Source: Raillietiella orientalis
Lineage: Eukaryota
NCBI GenBank assembly: GCA_036172245.1
Contig: JAYWIR010000019.1
Coordinates: 1,922,001 to 1,986,000, forward strand
Reading direction: 5' to 3'
DNA: 64,000 bases
Shown here: positions 39,340 to 50,299 of the stretch, piece by piece
How positions within the stretch are numbered: the stretch's first letter is position 1
Layout: each line of letters begins with the position of its first letter
Translations under genes and position numbers: made by a program
The notes under the pieces: generated by a model
Database searches by the model: none
Seen by the model: only the letters and a program-made list of their open reading frames with translations
What the model was told of the DNA's origin: nothing

Positions 39340-42300
39340 ATATACATATGCGTTTATTATACATATCAATATACACATTTGGTTCCCCAGTCCGACTAAA
39401 GGAGGGGTGAGTTTATTCAAAACAACCTCTACAAATCAGTCTTTTTATCATTACATTGATTTTTCAACGATCACCTCCATTTTCCGTCTTTCTGTTTTGG
39501 ATTAGGGTGTGAAGGGGTTTGTCCCTCCAGTCTGAGCGCACTCATCCATCTTCCGGAGAATGTGGCGGTATGTCCAAGCTGGGATTCTTCCACAGTTCCT
39601 GATCCCGATTTCTTTCTTTAATAGACCTTTTAGAATCTCCCATGCTGGTGCTCTTCTTCCGGATGTATACATCTTTGCTCTCCTGATCACAACAGCTGTG
39701 ATGAAGAGGGGAAGTGTAGTGAGTACCATCGGGTTGTACAGGGGAACAGTTCCAGTCCCCTGAAACCAATCCGCCAAAATTTCCATTTTCCTCTTTCCCC
39801 GCAGGCAGGTCACCGCCTTCACCGCTTGCCAATCGGTTCGCAGCGTGGGGTAGGTGAACACGTGGAGCTGCTTTTCTACTGCTCCACATGCCTTACAGAG
39901 TTCATCATCACCTGAGTATTCCCGGCCCAATGCCGCAATCTGGAACCACTCAGAGTCCCTCCGCGATAAAACAACAGGAGGTCGTCTTCAGTTTCCGGGG
40001 GAAGGTCGCTTCTCATGAGTGCGGCCCCTGCGGCCAGCACATTTGTGTGCGCAAGTCCGTAGCGGCTCGAGGCTGCATCGAGGACATCATGATCCTTGTG
40101 TTTCTTTAACGTTTCTTTCTTGACGTTGGCTTTGGTCATCAGCATCCTCGCTTGTTGCGGCAGCTGTTTCCAGAGCTCCTGTGTTCCATGATGAAATTTT
40201 CCTTTTATGTCTGCGGTCAAGCGATACAGTCGCACATGGTGGCGATTCCCACTTGTAGCGAACTGTTCGCAATGCGCTATCTTTAGCCTTGGTCTCTGCC
40301 ATTTGCAGTTTCCCTTGGGATGGGTGCTAAATAAGGTATCACCAGAGCCAGCTCTTCTTCCCAGACTTATTTGCTTCTGGGCACGATCTTGAATTGGTGA
40401 ATTCTCACCAGTACCTGTTTCCGCTTCCACTTGGGGTCGATGTTCACCCACTCTCCGCTGGCACCTATCAACGCAAACATCAGACCTCTTGAGTTGTTCG
40501 ACAACCTCGAGTAGGCTCTGTGTGCTGCAAAAGGCCACTCCTCCCAGTTTGTGGTGTGTTCCAGGAGTTGCCGTGCATCCATGGATTCCACGGACTGTTC
40601 AGCTTCATCCCAGTTCCACTTTCCTCTCGAGGGCTGCACAACAGTTTGAGCCTGACACGCGTCCGGTATTCCTTCCATAAAATTTTCCTTTGTAGACTTG
40701 CAATTCCCACTCGAGTCTTATTAATTCTGCAGAAGGCGTCTCCGTTGAGTACCTTGGGAAGTAGAACGCAATTCCACAAAGTGACGGTCCTCTGCATATT
40801 GAAGTCGATTCGAGTGTACTTGTTAGCTTCTTGAATTTTCTTCAGGATTCATTTCCACAACTTTTGGGATGCATTCGCATCAGCAAGGTCATCTAATTCC
40901 TATAGGAATCCTGGACCTCTCCGCTCTGACAGATTCCGGGTAGAGGAAAGATGTAAAGTACCTAAATATCCGTCAGAGCGGAGAGGTCCAGGATTCCTAT
41001 AGGAATTAGATGACTCTTTCGGGAATTGATTTTCGAGCCCAGTCCTCTCTGCATACGCTCAACTACACCTAGAAACGCACGCTGATCCTTCTCATCCTTT
41101 AGGAAGAAGAGGAGATTGCCTGCGTATGCCAGGTGAGTCAGCCTCTGGTCATCGATAGGAATTCATTGAAAACGGCTGTTCTTATTGACGCGTGCTGACA
41201 CTGCATCCATGTATAGTACGAACAGTATCGGACTGAGGGCGTCGCCTTGGCGAACTCCCCTTTCCCTCCGAATTGCTTCTGTTGAAAATCTTTACTTGTT
41301 GCTTCTCGGGTGTGTTTTCTCGAGTATTGAATGAAGCAACTTGGGAAGCCCAGCTTCCTCAAGGTCTTCTGAAGCATCCTGTGGTCCACAGTATCAAAGG
41401 AATTCTCCACATCAGTGAAGCCCAGCACCCGGTTTTCGCCGATGGCAATACCCTATGGTGTCCTGGGCACACTTCACGTTCGCAGACATGCAGCGACCGG
41501 GCACTCCGCACGTCTGCGTCGGAGAAACTACCGATGGCAACGACATGCTCAAGCGGTTGGCCCAGATCTTTGCCAACCACTTGGCATCCATATTCAGGAT
41601 GGAGATAGGCCGCCATTGAGTGAATTCCGTTAAGTCGCCTCCTTTTGGCAGCAGCTTCCTCCTTCCCCCTTGGAATGATATCGGAAGTTTTCTTTCCTTG
41701 TGGATAGCTAGCGTTCGCTCGTGGAACAAACGCAGGTAGGCGTGGAGATAGCGCTGATAGTGCATGATTGGAACACTATCAGGATCTGCAGCCACGTCCT
41801 TGCGCAGTCCCGTGAACGCCTTTTTCACTTCTTCAATAGAAATGACTTCCTAAAGTCTTCCTTGGTGCTGACTTTTAACCTTTGGGTGTAGACACTGAAA
41901 GATATTTGCTTGTTCCGTTGGGCACAAAACCTGTCGTCGGAAGTGCGAGGCATCATGGTAGTAGGTCTTTGCAATTCTTTCCGACGTGTGCTCAACTTGG
42001 TTTTCGTACCGGATACAGAAGACATCAGTGGCGATGTTCCTCTTGTCCAGAACTCCAACTTCTCCTTTAACATTCTTGAGGATGTACCGGTTCTCGCGCC
42101 GTTGCCCGTATTTCGAGAGCGACATATCTTGGATGTTAAGCTCCTGGTACGCCCCCATTCTCCTCTTCCTGTCGCCAAACTTCAGGTTTCTAAACAGATG
42201 TATAGTATGCTTCAACCTGTCCCAGTCTGCGGCTGTGCGGATGGTAGCGTCCCGCAGTATCGTCTCAATAAGATCCTGGTGACAGGGATGCGTCTCAAAC

Positions 42301-43720
42301 CAGGTGAGGACGCAGAAGAGTGCAGTTCTCGTGCCTGCCTTCCTCCGAGGGTTTTCAGTTCTCAACGTGAATCGAAGCAAGGGATGATCCGAGAGCACGG
42401 ATGGGATGTCTCGGAAGCCTTGCATACTAGCGATTTCCTGGCTGTAGAGGACGTGGTCTATCGGCTTGTGTCCCGCCGTGAGCCACTGCAGTCCGAACTC
42501 TTCGGACGGCCGCCGATAGGCCTTTCTTCCTCGGGCATCCTTAGATTGAGTGATGGTGCCCAGCATATTTAAATCTCCTATGACGGTTACGATGTTCTTT
42601 GCCTCGCAGCAGGGCCTGCACGGCTTCTGCGCGGCATTGCCACTTCCTGCAAATCCTCTGCGGCTTTCTGTTTTTCAGTTTCGGTAGCGAGGCATTCCTG
42701 TTCCTTCCCTACTGTGGGAACAGAAAGTTCTCCTACCGTTACTTGTTGCTTCCTTCGTTGTTGGAGTTTCTTCTTCTGTTGGTTCTGTTTTTGAGGAGGT
42801 TCTCCTGCCACAGCAGTGCACGGATCTCTCCTTGCTGTTCTGCTTTCCTCTTCTTCCTTTCCTCCACCTCCGGTAAAGGTGCCACCTCTGCCCTCTAGCC
42901 ACCAACCAGTCCGAGTACTTTTCGCACTCCCTTTTTAGGTGTCCTTCCATCTTACAGTGGTAGCATTGTAGAGGTCCATTACATTCTTTAATGAAATGAC
43001 CGATCTGTCCTCATTTAAAACATCTTGCCTTGGAGCAGGCACCCACTCTGCTCCCAAACTCCTTGCAACCTGCGCAGAAAATTGGTTGCAGTCTATCCCG
43101 TGCTTTCACATCCTGAGAGTGTTAATCGATGGCTATGACGCCTGGAATTTTGGCATCCACAAACAGCTTTACTTTCACCCTTGCTTCTCCTGCAAATCTT
43201 TCTTCCATATATTTTCGGAAAGCTACCTCCTGCACTTCCCCATACTAGGAAAAGAATACCCATATCGTTCTTTTTGTTGTGTTACAGTATATCCCGGTGA
43301 GATACACCGCCGTGTTGGTCAGCTCACAGAGACCTCGCAGCTTCCTTCCGTTTATCGTGATTCCCTGCTCGATCAGGAATTCTTGTAGCACCTCGTCGGG
43401 GGTGTACACCGTAAACACCGTTGCCAAGGAGACAATTGCATTTATCTTATTGGAATTCATGTTCAGTTTATGAAAAGCTGCATGCACGTCTCGCACATTC
43501 GCACGACGTAGTATTCCTGTTTTGAAGGTGACCTGTTTCACATCTTGGTCGACCTTCCAGACCGGCTCGTCTTTGCCGCAGACTTTAAACACCGCAGACC
43601 TTCCTTACTGCGTGTTTCTCGACCGCCGGGACCGCCGCTGCCACCGCCTCATAGGACAGTGGCTGCGTCGAGCCCCCCCTTTGGTCCCACCAAGCCACCC
43701 TCCTTGGAGGGACCTGGCTT
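39340..43720 (-). mobile_element. Decayed Tx1/L1-clade non-LTR retrotransposon (ORF1 with zinc knuckles; ORF2 with APE, RT and C-terminal Cys motif)
   Basis: ORF1 ~43700-42600: SYEAVA start and CAGCKEFGSRVGAC, CFK*GQIGHFIKEC, CYHCKMEGHLKREC knuckles. ORF2: IDHVL..SDH (EN), LLPKGGDLTEFTQWRPISILNMDAKWLAKIWANRL, Q..GVPGR, D.ENSFD.VDH, GVRQGDALSP, LAYAGNL, CKACG..EK.LHVF. Many stops and frameshifts. Minus-strand AATAAA at 39412-39417 and 39353-39358. Confidence 0.88.
40888..41014. repeat. 43-bp perfect inverted repeat (40888-40930 / 40972-41014) with a 41-bp spacer inside the LINE RT
   Basis: GTCATCTAATTCCTATAGGAATCCTGGACCTCTCCGCTCTGAC and its exact reverse complement. Confidence 0.95.
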
Positions 43721-43913
43721 GCCCAAATCCATGGGCATGGACGTGGATGGTCCTTCCTCCGAGTACTCCACTCGCAACGCTGACCCCTTGGACGAGCACC
43801 AACAGGGGCGTAGAATGAATAACGGTGGCGGTGATTACCAGCAAAGCACCACACGTGAGGCTTCTCAAAGATATTTTCCTGGTTCTTGATCACAATTAAG
43901 ACCTCGAAGCTAG

Positions 43914-44239
43914 GTAAATATATAATATAAGTATATGTTAATATGAATATATATAATGGAGATTATATAAAATAAATATATACTCTCATTACGTATATTA
44001 ATGTATAGATAATAAACAAATTCATTTTAACATATATATTTATTAACACGCATATTATTAATATAAGTGACGATATGCATTAACATATATTAAAGATTAT
44101 AAAGAATAATATAAATAAAAAGAATAATACAAATATATATATACATATATATATGTGTATTTGTATAGATCAATATACATAATAAATATATATTAAATGA
44201 ACATATAAATATGGAATTATAAACATATGTATTTATCAG
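43914..44239. repeat. AT-rich low-complexity island
   Basis: Very AT-rich with (TA)n runs and sharp borders against GC-rich flanks. Confidence 0.8.
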
Positions 44240-44699
44240 ACGATGAAAATCCTGGGCGTAACCGCCCACCGACATCGCACAGTACACGCTCACCGCAAAG
44301 TGGTTGAAACAGCAGCATGGAAGCCTCATCTGCTATCCATGAGTCATAGCGACCTCCTAATGGCGCAAGACCTTTTGTCCTGGCAACGCCGCGGGAGCTG
44401 CCAGGAGCCACAACGCCACGCTGGCGGTGACGACGCTACGGGACAACTTCCGGAGCGTTCCCGGAGAGCACGCGCGTCCTCCAGGGAGAGGATGCCATCT
44501 TCTCGTGCACGCCTCCGCGCGGCTTCCAGGAGTCGAAGGTGCGGGGCGACCCCTTCCCGGACGTGACCTGGCGTAGACAGGACTCCTGCGAAGCATGTAG
44601 AGGGAGGAGGACCCAAGTCCACATGTTCCCCCTGCCCTGCAGTGATCCAGGATAGAAAAGTGCTAAAGCAGTCAGCACAAGACCAGGGCAGAAATCTGA

Positions 44700-45300
44700 G
44701 AGGTTCTTCGAAGAAGAAGCAGATCGCTCGTGAAGCCCCGCCGTCAGGACACCACCGCCTTCTTCATCACGAGCATTTCCCGGCACGATGAAACCGTGCC
44801 GGGAAACCCTCACCGGATTGCATTGAAGAAAGGGATCGTTGTCCTCAACTGCCAAAAGGTTCTGGAACGAACACTCTAGTGTATCTTGAGGAAGCTGCAA
44901 GGGACTGCTCGAGAGCAAAGGAACTCTTCTCTCCAGAGTGGAAGGAAGGTGCTGCGAAAAGTGTGGGGACTTCTGAAAGACTTCAGACTGCAGTGTCTGT
45001 GCTTCGAGACATCTGTTCGCATGTTTGCACAGGACAAAGTGGTGGAGGAATCCGTCTCTTAGGTGCCGATCTGAAAGAATGGAGGATGGACACTCAGGCG
45101 TCTTAGGACAGTGGCGAATGGGGATGCCTCTAAGGTCAGCGGCGTGAAAGCGGCCTGCAGTATGGGAGCTCCAGAGGGGGGGTACAGCGCTGAACCACTT
45201 ACGGTAGGCAGACGTGGTAGCGAACTCAGGAAATGCAGACGCTCCTACGGGCAACTGAGAGAAGTTGCGGAAACGCCCCGCGTCCGGCTGCTTGCTTAGC
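44700..45300 (+). pseudogene. Possible LINE RT (post-catalytic/thumb) remnant
   Basis: Weak: GIVVLNCQK (cf. GL.IN..K) and KAACSMGAPEGGYS (cf. K..L..P...GGLG), interrupted by stops. Confidence 0.3.
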
Positions 45301-46051
45301 GGCCGTTGACATCATAGAAGACAGTCTGAGTGTTGCTTGGGGCAGCGCTCAAACCGCGAGGAAGTGCGGGCTTGGCACCACCTACTCCAAGAGATGGACA
45401 TCAAGCTGAACTCACAGGCCATCTCGTAGGGTTAGGAGCCACTTACACCAGAGAGTGCAGGGGAATCGTAGGCATCCGTCAGTAATGGAAATGTGGGGAA
45501 TTGTGCCTGGAGATTCCAGGGGGAAGGGTCGCTTGGACCGGAGCACTCCCTAGCTTGGCTCGGGGCTAATCCGTCGCCTCTCAGTGGAGGCCCCGAGCAT
45601 TAATGCCATCCGTAACGGCATCCTGTCAATGGGGGACTTCGCTCGGCTGAGCCTTGAGCTCTTGATGGAAGAAATGGAGCATGCCATCAACGGGATCATC
45701 CCCGACCCTGCCGTGGACGTCCACGGCTGTGCACAGTCTCTTGCAGAGCAGCAGAGCTACACGGAGCTTCCGCGCGCTTGGTTTTGTCGCGATCCCGAGA
45801 GGGACGCACGTTCATTAGTGGACACTGTCGGCGGCATCGGGATGCTTCCTGGAAACCACGTTTTCTGCGATGCCGACGCGGACTCGACCTCTGACAAGGC
45901 GACGCTCTCGAGAGCAGCCGTCCGCTGCGGTCTCCCCGTGCAAACAGGATGACTCGACCGCGGCCACGGACGGTGACGTCAGCGTCTCCCTGGAAACAAA
46001 CTGCAAGCAGGGTTCCACCAACGTTCGAAAGGTCGCAAAAACGATCCGAAC

Positions 46052-46790
46052 TGCAGATTAGCATACGAAGTCATTTTAATATACATGGTTGTTCTCATCC
46101 GTATTATTAACAGCAACATTATTGGGACAGATATGCTTATTAACGTACCTTTTATATTAATATAATTAACAAGTTGTTGATTATATTTTGGCACATCCAT
46201 CAAAGATTACCAGATGAAACGTATTTGCTTATATTTATTCATATACAGATTAATAAATGGATTAATTGATATCATGAAGGCCATAAAAAATAAAAATATG
46301 TTTATTATATATATTATAATAAGCATATATTTATTATGCTTATTGTATATATTAACACAGAGATTAATTAATGGATTAATATACATCATGAAGGTTAAAA
46401 AAACATATACGTTTATGATATGCATTGATATATATCTTTATACACGCATACATAGACACACGCATATAGATTTATATATTACATAATATAAATATACATA
46501 CATCAATGTAATATCTATATGCACACACATACACACGCACACATATATTTATATTCAGGCATGTATTTATATCCAAATGTATACATTCATATTATCTATA
46601 AATACTGGTGTATATAGTGAGCATATATATTTATTTTCTATAATATTTAAGGCAACTATCAATTATAATAATAAAATGTATGTCAATAAACATGACTAAT
46701 TATGAATATATCATTTGTATATTATTTGATGTATATAGATTACTATGCATATTATTTGTATAGAACTATGTATATTCATCTACGTAGAAT
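46052..46790. repeat. AT-rich low-complexity island with an internal diverged tandem duplication
   Basis: AGATTAAT.AATGGATTAAT...ATCATGAAGG...AAAAA occurs at ~46247 and ~46361. (TA)/(CA) runs. Confidence 0.8.
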
Positions 46791-47186
46791 AAGCACATGT
46801 GCGTATTTTGTATGTTCCTTCGGGATTTTCATCGGCACCACCATTGGTCAGCAGCTCTGCAGGCAACAGGAGTAGGAACGCCTTCGAAGGAAGGCAGAAA
46901 GAGAGGAACAGCGAAGAGTCGACGGACAACCAAAAGCAAAATCAGAAAGGTCGGAAACAGGGAGAGCGGTTCCAGGTTCAGGAAAAACAGGAAGAAGGGA
47001 CCGAGACGGAGAAAGGAACATCCTGGAGGAAGAAACGCAACCCACTCCCGCCAAAAGTGCAAAAAAAGGTCGCCAAGATCTGGAAACAGGAAAAGCAACG
47101 GATCGAGCGAGCTCAACAGACGCCAACGGAAGCATCGGCTGCCAGCCTTCATGAAGACTGTCATGAAGACGCAGAGCGAACTCCCA

Positions 47187-47868
47187 GGATATGACGGCTC
47201 CCCACCGGGACTTTCGCCCCTCGCCAACAACCACCTGCGAGGCCGCGAGATGGTTCCCCGACCGGGCGACTCCGAGGCTTCCGGTCGGGAGACGAAACAC
47301 CGAGGCGGAGTCTCCGTCTCCGCGCTCGCTCTTCGCCCGCGCCGGCAGCCCTTTCCAGACAGCGCCACGCCCTCCAGCCGCACAGGGAGGCAGCTGCGAC
47401 TACTGGAGCCCGTGCCTCTTAGTCCAACGCAGTTTTCTTCGGCGCTCATCCCGGCGCTCCTCCATTCGTCGATTCCAGGATAGGGAGGCGGGGGGCGGGC
47501 GCCTCACAAACGAACCCGGCGAGCGCAGCAGTTGGCCCCATTCGCACAGCAGTCTCTCTGCACGCTGCTGGCGCTGCTGGAGACCGGTCCCGCAGAGCAG
47601 AGCACGGCGCGCGCTGGCACGGGAGTACGCGCTCCCAGCCGGACGCTTCCGATCATGTGCACCGACATGCGGCGGCGGACGAGGAGACGCGTCGACCGGT
47701 TGGCGGGGAGAGCACGCAACGTCGTCGTCCGCCTTTGCATGTCGGCGCCGGGCTTCGGCCCCTCCAGTTCCACGCAGGGCACGGCGCAGCGGCCGAGGTG
47801 CACGAAGCGACCTCCCTTCCCGTGGCCACTCGTCGGTTCTGCGCAGTTTCCCTTCTATTCGGCGAGAT
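47187..47868 (+). repeat. 682-bp inverted repeat, arm A (pairs with 55029-55710)
   Basis: Both arms give identical translations wherever the ORF track covers them (e.g. MTAPHRDFRPS...FPSIRRD). Boundaries were read from the DNA. Confidence 0.93.
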
Positions 47869-48269
47869 GGTAGTAGCACCGTGGCTGGGCTGCCGATCGT
47901 GGCGACTCGACCGGGGAGCAAACGTGGTATCCCTGGGCAACGATGGAGGAAGAATCACACGAAGAATACGGCGTGGTGAGCAAGTACCATCCACAGTGAT
48001 GTCCAGCTCTGGAGCTCTGGTCTCGCAATGCTGCGGTCGCTGTGCAACAGCCCATCCACGTGACCTGTGATCGACTCTGTCACTTCATGAAGATCCCCTG
48101 GCCTCACATGCCTCCTCCTCCACCTCTTCCCCATTTCGTTCCCTAGTTCCCCTGGATCCTGGGCCATCGTTCCTTCGCATGCTGCCTAGTCGATGGACAG
48201 CTGAGAGTCCTGAGAACATCGCCACCATCTGCTGGTCGCCGCAGCAATGCGCGCACGATGGCTGCACCA

Positions 48270-50225
48270 TCTCGAATGACATCAGCCCTGGCCAAGCGGC
48301 TGACGGAAGGGTCGTCCAGCGCCACCGTACCACCGGCGCCAATTGGATTCTCTCTCGCACGCGTTCGCAGCGAGGGTCCAGCTCCCGTGTCGCCGACGCT
48401 ACTCGCAGGTGCGCGCCCTCGAGCGACGAACGAAGGTAGCACGTAGTGGACGCGGAACAGCCGCCTTCTGCGGACTCAAGCGCGGTCTCAGACTTCCGTC
48501 CGAGTCCCTGCTGGTGGCCGATGGCAGAGGTCCCACGATCTACGGCCTCAGCTCTGCTTGAGGATGTCACGGAGGTCCCTTCGAGAAAGCGCGGAGAGAC
48601 TCCAGAAATGCAAAAGGAGAAGGGCAGGTCGCGAAGGAGGTCAAGAAAGCTCGGGCGGAGACCAGAAAGCGGGCCGAAGTCGAGGTTCCAAGGGAGCACA
48701 GGGGGTTATGCCTGAGGTGGCGGGACAGTAGCTGGGCTCCCACGAGTAGCTCCGGGAGGCCGAGGCGACTCTGACATGTGTCTCTCTGGGGCTTCCGGAA
48801 GGTGTTTTTAGGAAGGCGCGTGTTGTGGCGCCTTCCTTCGTGCATTCGATCCCAGTGGGAGCAGCCCACGAAGGTTGGGGGCCACCGGCGCTTGGAACAG
48901 CAGGGCTGGGTCGGGCACTCCCACTTTCCCCGCTCGGGGGATGCAGAACCACGGCAACTGCATCCTCAAGCTTCCGCACGCCAGGAGTTCGCATCGCCTC
49001 CAGCGAACGATCCTTCGGGAAGATCCGTCGCCATTCGGATCACCGTGGGAACGAGGGTGCTTCCCTTCGCCCTTTTGGCTCACCCGTGAGGGATGCTCAC
49101 CGTGGAAGCTCACCTTCTCCCTGTAACCTAGAAACGCGAAAATCCAGGCGCAAACCGACGTGTCGATGTTCAATTTATCGAAGCGAACTCGAACGCCATG
49201 GAGGCGCAACCACACTCTTCTCGTGATGCAACCTCCGTCGTGAAAGGACAGCGTCCGAGTGCTTGAGAGGGACAGCGCCAAACCACGGAGCACCGCAGTC
49301 CTTACAATCACCCCGCCCTCGGATGTCCCCCGCTCGCGGACTGGCACATCCTCCTCACCCACTCCATAGAGATTAAAATTAAAGTCATACCTGGTGCCTC
49401 GACCAGAAGCTCAGCCCCGCGTTGGGGGCCGCGTGGCTGCTGAGGTCGTTCCCACGCGCAGTGCCAAGTGTTGCGGGTTCGAATCCCACCGCCCGGGGAA
49501 GGATCGACGCTGAGAATGGAGAGTGCGTTGGGGATTTCGATTTCCCCCTCCCTCCGCAGGATGACACGCTGCTTGACCTGTTGGGTAAGGGTGGACACTG
49601 GATACCCCGCTGACTCTCCGAGGTTGAAGGTTGACCTTGACCTTCTGGGATTCTTCTAGGAATCGAGAAGCCGCGATTCCCTTCGGGGCTCCCCTCCGGT
49701 TGTGAACATGGCTCCATCCTTCCCCTCAGGATCCCCCCATCAAGTACCATGGAGCTGGTTGATACCTTACCCTCGGGGGTGAGTTGATTGCCTCTCCAGA
49801 GTGCCATCGCTCCCAAGCATGCTGCTCCCTTCGGGGAGCGTCCCTTCCGAGTTCTCTTCAGAGGAGGCAAGCAGGAGCGGATCCTTTCCTGGGGTTCCCA
49901 CCGGAGAAGAAACAAGGAGTGTCCCTTCCCCTCTGGTGGGGTGAGGTGGGGGGTGGGAAGGAAGGGACTTTTCTGGAGAGAGCAAGGAAGAGTCTCCCTT
50001 CGGGTTTCTCTCCTCTCGAACCACATATGATCCGTGGCACCCCTGCCACCGGCCACCAGTGGGAATTTCGGGCGGAAGTCTGCAACCGCGCTTGCGTCTG
50101 CAGAAGGGGGCGACGTTCCGCCTCCATCACGCGCCCCGTTCGTTCACCACGCGAGCCAGCGGTGGCGTGAATGTCGCTGGACGACCCTTCCACCAGCCGC
50201 TTGGTCAGGGCCTCTCGAGATGGCG
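48270..50225. repeat. Diverged inverted pair (~48270-48545 on + and ~50025-50225 on -)
   Basis: Shared GCCCTG.CCAAGCGGCTG..GGAAGGGTCGTCCAGCG, CCTTCTGC.GAC.CAAGCGCGGT..CAGACTTCCG and CTGGTGGCCG.TGGCAG.GGT.CCACG. Confidence 0.8.
49410..49990 (+). mobile_element. tRNA-headed SINE-like element, copy 3 (3' end uncertain)
   Basis: CCCGCGTTGGGGGCCGCGTGGCTG head, GGTTCGAATCCC at 49476-49487, and body motifs CCGGTTGTG, ATGGAGCTGGTTGATACCT, GTTCTCTTCAGAGGAGG, CCGGAGAAGAAAC. Confidence 0.75.
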
Positions 50226-50299
50226 AGGACGTCATTCCTGAGAGCAGGAGGAGGAAAGGGAACGGACTTCCCCTACCGGAACCTTCCTGGTTCGTAGGC

